Shown: one piece after another, positions 46,292-54,000 of the stretch
How the letters are laid out: each line of letters begins with the position of its first letter
Position numbering within the stretch: the first letter of the stretch is position 1
Assembly (NCBI GenBank): GCA_963737905.1
Contig: CAVTUQ010000020.1
Coordinates: 1-54,000 of the forward strand
Length of the DNA: 54,000 nucleotides
Reading direction: 5' to 3'
From: an uncultured delta proteobacterium
GTDB taxonomy: Bacteria > Desulfobacterota > Binatia > UBA9968
The notes under the pieces: model-generated
Seen by the model: only the letters and a program-made list of their open reading frames with translations
Told to the model about the DNA's origin: nothing
The model's database searches: none
Made by a program: the position numbers and the translations under genes

Positions 46292-48226
46292 ATGGACCAT
46301 AACAAGGAATTCGAGACAATTATCAAAAACGACCGAGACCTTCATCTTTCTATATCTTGGCGGGGCAATCTCCTCGGTTATCTCGAAAAGGTCAAAGAAG
46401 ATCCCACCACCGCCAAATTAGCCCACGCCCGGCTTTACGATACGATCATGAAAGTGGGCATCAGAGACATCCACGAAAGCGGTGATCCTCACGTCAAGCG
46501 GCTGTACAAAGACGAATCCATCAAGGTCTACGATTTCTTTGCTGACGAATTCTTCGGGATCGAAAAAACCATCTCCCAGATCGTACGTTATTTTCACGCC
46601 GCCTCACTCAAAGGCGAGGAGAGCCGGCAGGTTCTCTATCTCATGGGCCCCGTTGGTTCGGGAAAAAGCTCATTGGTCGAGAAGCTCCATAGGGGTTTGG
46701 AAGAAAGCGAATCCATCTATGCCATCGAAGGCTGTCCGATGTTTGAAGAGCCGCTCCACCTGATACCGCGCCATCTGAGAAAAGAATTCGAGAAGATGCT
46801 GGGCGTTCATGTGGAGGGAGATCTGTGCCCGGTCTGCCGTTTTCGGCTGCGGGAAGAGTTCGCAGGAAAGTACGAAGAGTTTCCGGTGTGCTCGGTGGAG
46901 TTTTCCAAGCGATCACGGGTAGGTATCGGTGTCGTTCCTCCGGTGGATCCCAATAACCAGGATACCTCGGTCCTGATCGGCAGTGAGGACATTTCCAAAC
47001 TCGACCTGTACTCGGAAGGCGATCCTCGCGTCTTGGAGTTAAACGGGGCGTTAAACATCGGTAATCGCGGAATGGTGGAATTCATCGAAGTCTTTAAAAA
47101 CGAGATCGAATACCTGCACTGCATGATCACCGCGACCCAGGAAAAGGTGGTTCCCGCACCCGGCCGACATGGTCTGGTCTATGTCGACACCGTCATCGTG
47201 GCCCATTCCAACGAAGCGGAGTGGCAGAAGTTCAAGTCAGACCACACCAACGAGGCGATCCTCGATCGCATCGTCGTGGTCCGAGTGCCCTATAACTTGC
47301 GCCTCTCCGAGGAGGTCAAGATTTATCAGAAGATCATCCGCAACTCCGACTTCCGAGCCCACGTGGCGCCCCATACCCTTGAGATCGCCTCGATGTTCGC
47401 GATCCTGTCTCGCCTCGAGCCGACCAACAAATGCGATCTCATGACCAAGTTAAAACTTTACAATGGCGAAGAAGTCGTCGAGAAAGGACGAACCAAGAAA
47501 GTCGATGTGCAAGAGCTTCGCGATGCCTCCAAACGGGAAGGGATGAACGGCATCTCAACACGCTTCATTATGAAGGCCTTGGACAACGCTCTTTCGGATA
47601 ACACGGCCGGCAATTGCATCAATCCCATCAACGTGCGCGAAGCGATAGTGAACATGGTCAAAGAAGCCGACCTGTCGGATGATACTCGAAAGCAGTATCT
47701 GGAGTTTCTCCAGGACACCTTGCACAAGGAGTTCCTGGAAATCCTCGAAAAAGAAATTACCCGAGCCTTCGTCTATTCGTACCAAGAACAGGCGGAGGTG
47801 CTGTTCCAGAATTATCTCGACCATGCTGAAGCCTATGTGAACAAGAGCAAGGTTAAAGATCGCAACACGAAGGAAGAGCTGAACCCGGACGAAGGTTTCA
47901 TGAAATCCATCGAGGAACAAATCGCGATCATCGGCTCCGCGGCCGACGGCTTCCGTCAAGAAGTCATCGCCTACCTCTGGGCAGCTAATCGCAGGGGCGA
48001 GAAGATCGATTACCGGAGTTACGAGCCCTTGAAAGAGGCCATTGAGAAAAAGCTTATCACGTCGGTCAGGGACTTGAGCCGGGTGATCACCAAAGCCAGA
48101 ATGCGTGACGAGGAGCAATCCGAGAAATACAACACGATGGTGAAAAACCTTCTCGACCGAGGTTACTGCCACAGCTGCGTCGATATGATTCTCAAGTATG
48201 CGGCGAACAATCTGTGGAAGGACTAG
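46292..48226 (+). CDS. prkA: PrkA/YeaG family AAA+ serine kinase
   Basis: FFGIE, LMGPVGSGKS, GCPMFEEPL, NRGMVEF, AHSNEAEW, APHTLE, EGMNGISTRF. Confidence 0.95.
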   Translation: MDHNKEFETIIKNDRDLHLSISWRGNLLGYLEKVKEDPTTAKLAHARLYDTIMKVGIRDIHESGDPHVKRLYKDESIKVYDFFADEFFGIEKTISQIVRYFHAASLKGEESRQVLYLMGPVGSGKSSLVEKLHRGLEESESIYAIEGCPMFEEPLHLIPRHLRKEFEKMLGVHVEGDLCPVCRFRLREEFAGKYEEFPVCSVEFSKRSRVGIGVVPPVDPNNQDTSVLIGSEDISKLDLYSEGDPRVLELNGALNIGNRGMVEFIEVFKNEIEYLHCMITATQEKVVPAPGRHGLVYVDTVIVAHSNEAEWQKFKSDHTNEAILDRIVVVRVPYNLRLSEEVKIYQKIIRNSDFRAHVAPHTLEIASMFAILSRLEPTNKCDLMTKLKLYNGEEVVEKGRTKKVDVQELRDASKREGMNGISTRFIMKALDNALSDNTAGNCINPINVREAIVNMVKEADLSDDTRKQYLEFLQDTLHKEFLEILEKEITRAFVYSYQEQAEVLFQNYLDHAEAYVNKSKVKDRNTKEELNPDEGFMKSIEEQIAIIGSAADGFRQEVIAYLWAANRRGEKIDYRSYEPLKEAIEKKLITSVRDLSRVITKARMRDEEQSEKYNTMVKNLLDRGYCHSCVDMILKYAANNLWKD

Positions 48227-48268
48227 CGTCGCAACGGCGCCTTCGCTGGCGTAGCGAGTTCTGCTGAC

Positions 48269-49450
48269 ATGGAAACCATCTTTCGCCCATACCACCCCGC
48301 CGCCGGGCAGCGCAGCGACCGCAGCGCCGGGGACCGCTTGCGCCATCGCCAAAAAGTGCGGGAGGCGATCCGTAACAACATCGCCGACATTATCGCCGAA
48401 GAATCGATCATCGGTAAGGACAACAATCGCATCGTCAAAGTGCCGATACGAGGGGTCAAGGAGTATCGATTCGTCTACGGTGAGAATGTCCCCGGAGTCG
48501 GCCAGGGCGGCGACGGCGAGCTCCAACCCGGCCAAACGGTGGGCAAGGGCAAAGAAGGCGGGCAGGGTCACCAGGCCGGCGACCAGGCCGGCGTCGATTA
48601 CTATGAAACCGAGGTCAGTTTGGATGAGCTCGTCGAGGTCATGTTTGAGGATCTGGAGCTTCCGGATCTCGACCGCAAAAATTTGCGGCAAATGGAGGTG
48701 GAGCGGCAGTTTCGCCACAAAGGATTCAGAAAAAAGGGCATCCGTGTTCGTTTAGATAAGAAACGTACCGCGCGCTCGAGGGTCAAACGGAAGAAAGCCT
48801 CCCAGCGCGCGGACGTTGCCAGCTTGCACGGCGAGCGGTTTCCTTTTCACAAGGATGACCTTAGATACCATCATACCGTAACGGAGACCCGCCGCGAATC
48901 CAACGCCGTCGTGCTCTGTATCATGGACACCTCGGGTTCTATGGACACCATGAAGAAATATTTGGCGCGGAGCTTCTTTTTTCTTCTCTACCGGTTCCTT
49001 TGCACACGCTACGAAAACGTCGAGATCGTCTTCATCGCACACCACACCGAGGCGCAGGAGGTGACCGAAGAAGAGTTTTTCCATAAGGGCGAATCCGGAG
49101 GAACGTTCATTTCATCGGGCTACAACAAGGCGTTGGAGATCATCTACGAGAGATACCACCCGGGCCTTTGGAACGTTTATTCTTTTCACTGTTCCGATGG
49201 CGATAATTTCGAGTCCGACAACCCCGCTGCCCTCAAAGCGGCGACGGAGCTGGCACGGATATCGAACTTGTTTGGCTATGGTGAAATCAAACCCTTGGGG
49301 GCGGGGTATTACGGCAGCAGCATGATCCAATTTTTTTCACAGATCCAAGAACCTAACTTCCAGACCGTTCAAATCCAGCGCAAAGAGGATATTTGGCCTT
49401 CGTTCAAAACCTTTCTCACTAAAGACCGCGTCCGCGACGACGCGGCGTAA
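48269..49450 (+). CDS. yeaH: YeaH/YhbH family (DUF444, vWA) protein
   Basis: CIMDTSGSM, FIAHHTEA, GESGGT, HCSDGDN. Confidence 0.93.
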   Translation: METIFRPYHPAAGQRSDRSAGDRLRHRQKVREAIRNNIADIIAEESIIGKDNNRIVKVPIRGVKEYRFVYGENVPGVGQGGDGELQPGQTVGKGKEGGQGHQAGDQAGVDYYETEVSLDELVEVMFEDLELPDLDRKNLRQMEVERQFRHKGFRKKGIRVRLDKKRTARSRVKRKKASQRADVASLHGERFPFHKDDLRYHHTVTETRRESNAVVLCIMDTSGSMDTMKKYLARSFFFLLYRFLCTRYENVEIVFIAHHTEAQEVTEEEFFHKGESGGTFISSGYNKALEIIYERYHPGLWNVYSFHCSDGDNFESDNPAALKAATELARISNLFGYGEIKPLGAGYYGSSMIQFFSQIQEPNFQTVQIQRKEDIWPSFKTFLTKDRVRDDAA

Positions 49451-49454
49451 ATAC

Positions 49455-50894
49455 ATGTCTATGGCCGAAGCCTACACCATCGAAGACCTTCAAAACTGGA
49501 ACGACCGGATTATGGATCTGGTCCGGGATTTCGGTCTTGATCCGTATCCTCAAGAATTCGAGGTCTGCGATCACGAACAGATGCTCTCTTATATGGTTTA
49601 TTCCGGCATGCCTTCCCATTACTCCCACTGGTCCTATGGCAAGTCCTACGAGAAACTGAAGACCTTATATGACTACGGCTTGAGCGGGCTTCCCTACGAG
49701 ATGGTGATCAACTCCAATCCCGCCATCGCCTATCTCATGCGTGACAATACCCTTGCGCTCCAAGTTCTCACCATGGCGCATGTCTACGGCCACAACGATT
49801 TTTTCAAAAACAACTTTACCTTCAGAACGATTCGGTCAGAGTTCACGATCGAAACGTTCAAAGCCCATGCCAACCGAGTGCGTCATTATGTCGAGGATCC
49901 GAGCATCGGACTGGAGAAAGTGGAGCGCATCCTAGACGCCGCCCATGCCCTTTCCCTCCAATGCCGGCGCAATCTTTCCATCCGGAAACAAACCGAAGGC
50001 GAGCAAAAAGACGCCAAGCTCCGGGATTCGAAACCGCCGACTGACCCGTTTCAATCAGTCCACCGGCGCAAAGAGTGGGTGTCACCCGATTTAGCCAAAA
50101 TCCCGGTCGAGCCGGAAGAGGATATTCTGCTTTTTATTCGCGACCACAATCCGCAGCTCGCGGAATGGGAAAAAGACTTGCTGACCATCGTCCAGGAACA
50201 AGCCCAGTATTTTATCCCGCAGATTGAGACCAAGATCATGAACGAAGGGTGGGCGAGCTTTTGGCACAAGCGCATTCTTGAGGCCTTGGATCTTCCCCAG
50301 AGCCTGAAGATTGAATTTCTCATTCGGCACACGCAGGTTCTGAGTCCCATCCCCGGCGGGCTGAACCCCTATCACGTTGGCATGAAGGTTTGGGAAGACA
50401 TCGAAAAACGTTGGACCGAGCCGGATCCGGAGGAAGAAAAAGAGTTTGGACCGAAGAAAAAAAATGCCCGGGAAAAACTCTATGAAGTGCGCGAAGTCGA
50501 ACGAGATAGCTCCTTTCTGCGGCGCTATTTGACCGAAGGTCTGGTCCGGGAGCTCAATCTGTTCGAATACAAGTCGCGGGGCAATGAAAAGGTTATCAGC
50601 CGAGTGGCCGACGAAGACAGCTGGCAAGCGATCAAAGACACCTTGATTCAAAATGTCGGCACAGGAACGATCCCGGTCATCAAGATCGAGGACGCGGATT
50701 ACGGCAATAATCGTTGCCTGTTTCTTAAACACAGTCATGACGGGCGCGATCTCCAGCTCGAATATGCTGAAAAGACCCTTCAGTATCTGCGCCAGTTATG
50801 GGCACGGGAGGTCGCCCTCGAAACCATCATCAATGACAAAAAGTCCCTCCTTGGCTTTGCTGACGATAAACTGACGATCAAACCGGTGCATTAG
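49455..50894 (+). CDS. spoVR: SpoVR/YcgB family protein
   Basis: GMP.HYSHWSYGK, YEMVINSNP, AHVYGHNDFFKNN, TKIMNEGWASFWH, NPYHVG. Confidence 0.95.
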   Translation: MSMAEAYTIEDLQNWNDRIMDLVRDFGLDPYPQEFEVCDHEQMLSYMVYSGMPSHYSHWSYGKSYEKLKTLYDYGLSGLPYEMVINSNPAIAYLMRDNTLALQVLTMAHVYGHNDFFKNNFTFRTIRSEFTIETFKAHANRVRHYVEDPSIGLEKVERILDAAHALSLQCRRNLSIRKQTEGEQKDAKLRDSKPPTDPFQSVHRRKEWVSPDLAKIPVEPEEDILLFIRDHNPQLAEWEKDLLTIVQEQAQYFIPQIETKIMNEGWASFWHKRILEALDLPQSLKIEFLIRHTQVLSPIPGGLNPYHVGMKVWEDIEKRWTEPDPEEEKEFGPKKKNAREKLYEVREVERDSSFLRRYLTEGLVRELNLFEYKSRGNEKVISRVADEDSWQAIKDTLIQNVGTGTIPVIKIEDADYGNNRCLFLKHSHDGRDLQLEYAEKTLQYLRQLWAREVALETIINDKKSLLGFADDKLTIKPVH

Positions 50895-50972
50895 CGCTTC
50901 TCTTCCACGCCAATCCTCTGGTTGCGGGATCACCTTCCACGCTATAACTCTTAACCGTCGCGGAGAAACGCG

Positions 50973-52088
50973 ATGACCATCGACGGCCATCTAACGACTA
51001 TTCAGAACTGCATCGGCAACCGGCTGGACAGCGCCGCCATTGGAGACCGCCGAATAGCCGGTGTCATCGGCGATGCGCCGTCCCATTATTCGAAAAGCCC
51101 GGCCTTGTGGAACGCGGCCTTCGAATATCTGGCCATAAACGCGGTCTACCTGCCCTTTGATATCGACGCGCCCCACCTGCGGGATTTCGTCTCCGCTTTG
51201 CGAGAAAGTGATCGTTTCATGGGAATCAACGTGACCGTTCCCCACAAAGTGCGGATTGTGGACTTCTTGGATGAACTGGACGCGGGTGCGGAGCGCGTCC
51301 AGGCCGTCAACACGGTGGCCAGAACTCCCGCTGGCAGGCTAATCGGGCACAACACCGACGGTGAAGGTTTCATCCAAAGTATCCTCACACCGCAACCGGG
51401 ACGGAAGGAAGCCTTTGTCAAATTACTTGAAGGAACCGACATCTTGCTTTTGGGCGCCGGCGGCGCGGCGCGAGCGGTTGCGTTTCATGTGTCGGATTAC
51501 ATGGAGAGCGGACAGCTTGTCATCAGCAATCGAACCTTGGAACATGCCGTCTCCCTCGCTACGGAACTTCGGAAAACGGGGCGCAACGCAATAGCGATTG
51601 GCGAGCCTGAGGTTTCGGCCTGGGCACCGAAAGTTGGGTTGATTATCAACAGCACGACGAAAGGCCAAGGAGGCCTGCGTAACCTGTCCCACGACGAAGT
51701 AACAACCCTGGAACCCTTCTCGTCGCTCGCCCCGGCCTCGGCCCCCGTCCTGTGGGACTCCTCCGGCAGTGAAGCGGAGATACGGCGGCGTTGGAACGCG
51801 CTTGCCGGGGCGGAAATTGAAGCCAACAATAAAGTCTCGCTGGCGATTGCCGCTACGATTCCAGCCGCCGTAGGTTTCTACGATCTGATTTACCATCCGG
51901 AAGAGACTGTTTTTCTGCGCCACGGGAGAATGACCGGCCATCCGACGATGAACGGCAAAGCCTTGATTATCAACCAAGCGGTTATCGCGCTATGTAAACA
52001 CGTTTGCAGCGCGGAGCTCCGGGCCCGAGGGATCGACAACGCCGAAACATCCCGAGGAATCTTGGAGGTCATGTATTGTGCGTGGTAG
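50973..52088 (+). CDS. aroE: Shikimate dehydrogenase family protein
   Basis: SKSP..WN, GINVTVPHK, AVNT, GHNTDG, GAGGAAR, NRT, DLIYHP..T. Confidence 0.88.
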   Translation: MTIDGHLTTIQNCIGNRLDSAAIGDRRIAGVIGDAPSHYSKSPALWNAAFEYLAINAVYLPFDIDAPHLRDFVSALRESDRFMGINVTVPHKVRIVDFLDELDAGAERVQAVNTVARTPAGRLIGHNTDGEGFIQSILTPQPGRKEAFVKLLEGTDILLLGAGGAARAVAFHVSDYMESGQLVISNRTLEHAVSLATELRKTGRNAIAIGEPEVSAWAPKVGLIINSTTKGQGGLRNLSHDEVTTLEPFSSLAPASAPVLWDSSGSEAEIRRRWNALAGAEIEANNKVSLAIAATIPAAVGFYDLIYHPEETVFLRHGRMTGHPTMNGKALIINQAVIALCKHVCSAELRARGIDNAETSRGILEVMYCAW

Positions 52089-52119
52089 GAGGCGCTGCAA
52101 CGCCGGCTGAGGGCCCATC

Positions 52120-52527
52120 ATGGCAACGATCACTTTCATACTCGGTTTGTCCGGTTCCGGAAAAACTTACCTGTCGGAGCGATTAAAAGACGAAACGGGT
52201 GCGGCGGTATTTACCAACCTATTGGCGGACGACAGCGGCCTCAACGCGCTTATCAAATCGTTGCGCGACGGTCAGGATTGTATCGTTGACGAGGTGAGAT
52301 TTTGTCTGCCCGATTACCGGGAGCAAATCCTCAAGTCAGTTTCACAAATCACCGGCCTCGTTATGCGCTGGATTTGCTACGAGAATAACCTGGAGACGGC
52401 CAACTGGAATGTCATTCATAGAACCAATAAAGGCGACCCGGAAGGGCATTTGGACCTAAACCTCCGCTTGCACCCCCATTACACTTACCCCGCCAGCGCT
52501 GAAATAGTTCCGATCCAGAGAATTTGA
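52120..52527 (+). CDS. Small P-loop NTPase/kinase-like protein
   Basis: N-terminal GLSGSGKT, CIVDE. Confidence 0.7.
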   Translation: MATITFILGLSGSGKTYLSERLKDETGAAVFTNLLADDSGLNALIKSLRDGQDCIVDEVRFCLPDYREQILKSVSQITGLVMRWICYENNLETANWNVIHRTNKGDPEGHLDLNLRLHPHYTYPASAEIVPIQRI

Positions 52528-52561
52528 CTGCCCTCGTCTCACTTTAAGCTTGGCCTTACGC

Positions 52562-53461
52562 TCAGGAGTGATCGGCCGTTGTATACCCGAATCGGCGAGT
52601 TTCAATACCTTCGCCAATTTCAACTTGCAACAAGTCCTCTCCGACGACCAACGGCCCTGAATATTTTCTCCTCGTTGCCGGGATCAAGTCTTCCGCCGTG
52701 GCACCGCCGAACAGCAAGAGATGATTGTAGATCGCTAATTTCGGTTTGACACGGGAAAAGATTTCACCCGCTTGGTCCGGAGTGGTGTGATTGCTGCCGA
52801 TTCTTTTGAGCTGCTCCGGGCTTTCCGCCGTGCTTCCGGCGGCGGCGGTCACCTCGTGGACAAGAACGTCAACGCCTTGTGAATGGCGGATCAAATTTTC
52901 ATTAAAGGTTGTGTCCCCGGATAGCACCGCTGCACGGCCGTGATAATCGATGCGGTAGCCGTAGGCCGGCAGATCCTCCCCGCCGTGATCCACCTCGAAA
53001 GCGCTGACTTGGATCCCTTTGCGGTCAAACACGACTCCTTCTTTAATCTCGTGTGCAAGTAATTTCACGCCGTCGGGCGGGTAATGTCTGCTCCGGACGC
53101 GAATATCGACGGCGAAAGCCTGCGGTAAATGTTCTATCATTTGTCGGGTTCCTTCCGGACCCCAGACATGGAGTGGCTGGTTCCGTTTGCCCCAGGGCCG
53201 CCCGATCCATCCTGTCAGCCACAGATCGGGAAAGCCCACGACGTGGTCGGAATGGTGATGCGTAAGAAACATTCCCGTAATATCGCCGAACGGAATCGCC
53301 AGCTGGTAAATTCGCTGCATGGCACCCCGGCCGGCATCGACGATGAACTTCTCGTCTCCAACTTCTACGAGCGTGCTGGGTCCGAATCGATCCAATCTCG
53401 GAGGCGGCGCACCCGTCCCCAAAAGGGTAATCCGAAAAAGATCTCGAGAGGGTTTCACCAT
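52562..53461 (-). CDS. MBL-fold hydrolase (RNase Z/AtsA-like)
   Basis: LLGTG, DAG, THHHSDH, SGDT, LVHE, HTT. Confidence 0.9.
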   Translation of the reverse strand: MVKPSRDLFRITLLGTGAPPPRLDRFGPSTLVEVGDEKFIVDAGRGAMQRIYQLAIPFGDITGMFLTHHHSDHVVGFPDLWLTGWIGRPWGKRNQPLHVWGPEGTRQMIEHLPQAFAVDIRVRSRHYPPDGVKLLAHEIKEGVVFDRKGIQVSAFEVDHGGEDLPAYGYRIDYHGRAAVLSGDTTFNENLIRHSQGVDVLVHEVTAAAGSTAESPEQLKRIGSNHTTPDQAGEIFSRVKPKLAIYNHLLLFGGATAEDLIPATRRKYSGPLVVGEDLLQVEIGEGIETRRFGYTTADHS

Positions 53462-53601
53462 GATTGCCCCTTCATAATGCGTACTGTGTTATAGGAATGC
53501 CGCCGATGCGGCCATCTGGATACGTCGCGAAGGTATTAAGAAAACGACGACAAACCGTCACGTCGCCAGTGGAGTGAGGTTTTGGCGGGACGCTACGTGC
53601 C

Positions 53602-53991
53602 AGCTATGACCAGAAACGATTCAGAAGAATTAGCCCGCCCCATCCAAGCAGCGCCGAGGAGTTCGTTCGCCAACACAAGCGGCTCCATGTGCATCGATTT
53701 CCAGCCTATGCCCCAGAGCTCAATCCCGATGAGTTTGTGTGGACCAAAGCCAAACACTCTCTGGCCAATGGTGCGCCAAAGGACATCGTTGAGCTTGGAT
53801 GTCGGCTCCGCAGCACGATCCATCGCGTCCGGCGCTCTCAACGGCTTCTTTGGTCGTGCATTCATGCTTCGGAGTTACCGTGGCCTTAATTAGCGATATA
53901 TCCATTATTTATGCGAGTCTCAATAAGATTGGCTGTAGCTATGACCAGAAATGATTGAGCAAAATTAACCCACCCCATCCAAGCAGCACCG
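53602..53991. repeat. 55-bp imperfect direct repeat (53602-53656 and 53937-53991), a duplicated gene 3' end
   Basis: 48/55 identical; both copies read LLGWGGLILLN(R/H)FWS* on the minus strand. Confidence 0.85.
53680..53925 (+). mobile_element. IS630-family transposase 3' remnant with right end
   Basis: FPAYAPELNPDEFVW motif, then the terminal-like sequence TTATTTATGCGAGTCTCAATA ending in TA. Confidence 0.85.
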
Positions 53992-54000
53992 CGCCCAACG
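53939..54000 (-). CDS. 3' end of a membrane-protein gene continuing beyond the window
   Basis: ...AVLLGWGGLILLNHFWS* open to the window edge. Confidence 0.55.
   Translation of the reverse strand, partial: LGAVLLGWGGLILLNHFWS

Noticed and set aside
47555-48718. 387-aa antisense ORF over prkA/yeaH (also 25644-26387 and 50091-50738)
   Set aside because: Shadow ORFs opposite well-conserved genes, typical of GC-biased codon usage; no motifs.
1-54000. tRNA, rRNA or CRISPR array
   Set aside because: No T-loop or cloverleaf signatures and no regularly spaced repeats seen by eye; a covariance-model scan would be needed to exclude other ncRNAs.

Overview
Bacterial chromosomal DNA in two distinct halves. 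Gene families suggest a Candidatus Binatia-like soil deltaproteobacterium; this is inferred from PF04392-type and NitT/TauT-type substrate-binding proteins and small lineage-typical families. Positions 1-~20,400 are an accessory mosaic. Cargo genes there include an AraC regulator, secreted orphans, a DUF6623-like protein, two TIR-FGE/C-type-lectin genes with DGR-style variable C-termini (one frameshifted), a response regulator, a CsbD fusion, an ABC substrate-binding protein and an OLD-type ATPase-TOPRIM nuclease. They sit among broken stubs of a small recurring gene set: S1/P1 nuclease (4 pieces), a CxxC-CxxC Zn-ribbon gene (4 pieces), SRAP, LigD OB domain, ABC substrate-binding protein and IS91 transposase. 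This half also has a DARS-like cluster of DnaA boxes with IHF- and Fis-like sites (2122-2397), an inverted-iteron origin-like element (10181-10285) and three sigma54-type promoters. Positions ~20,400-53,500 look like core genome: lipoate ligase, aceE-aceF-lpdA, M20 peptidase, AlbA_2/HATPase protein, O-methyltransferase, BFD-like ferredoxin, two convergent NitT/TauT ABC operons plus an extra binding protein, SnoaL, PagL-like, FAH, ferritin-like, PDZ-GAF sensor kinase, NusG/RfaH paralog, prkA-yeaH-spoVR, aroE and an RNase Z-like MBL. The window ends in an IS630 remnant flanked by a duplicated gene 3' end. No tRNA, rRNA, CRISPR array, integrase or reverse transcriptase was seen. All family assignments come from motif recognition by eye, not database searches.
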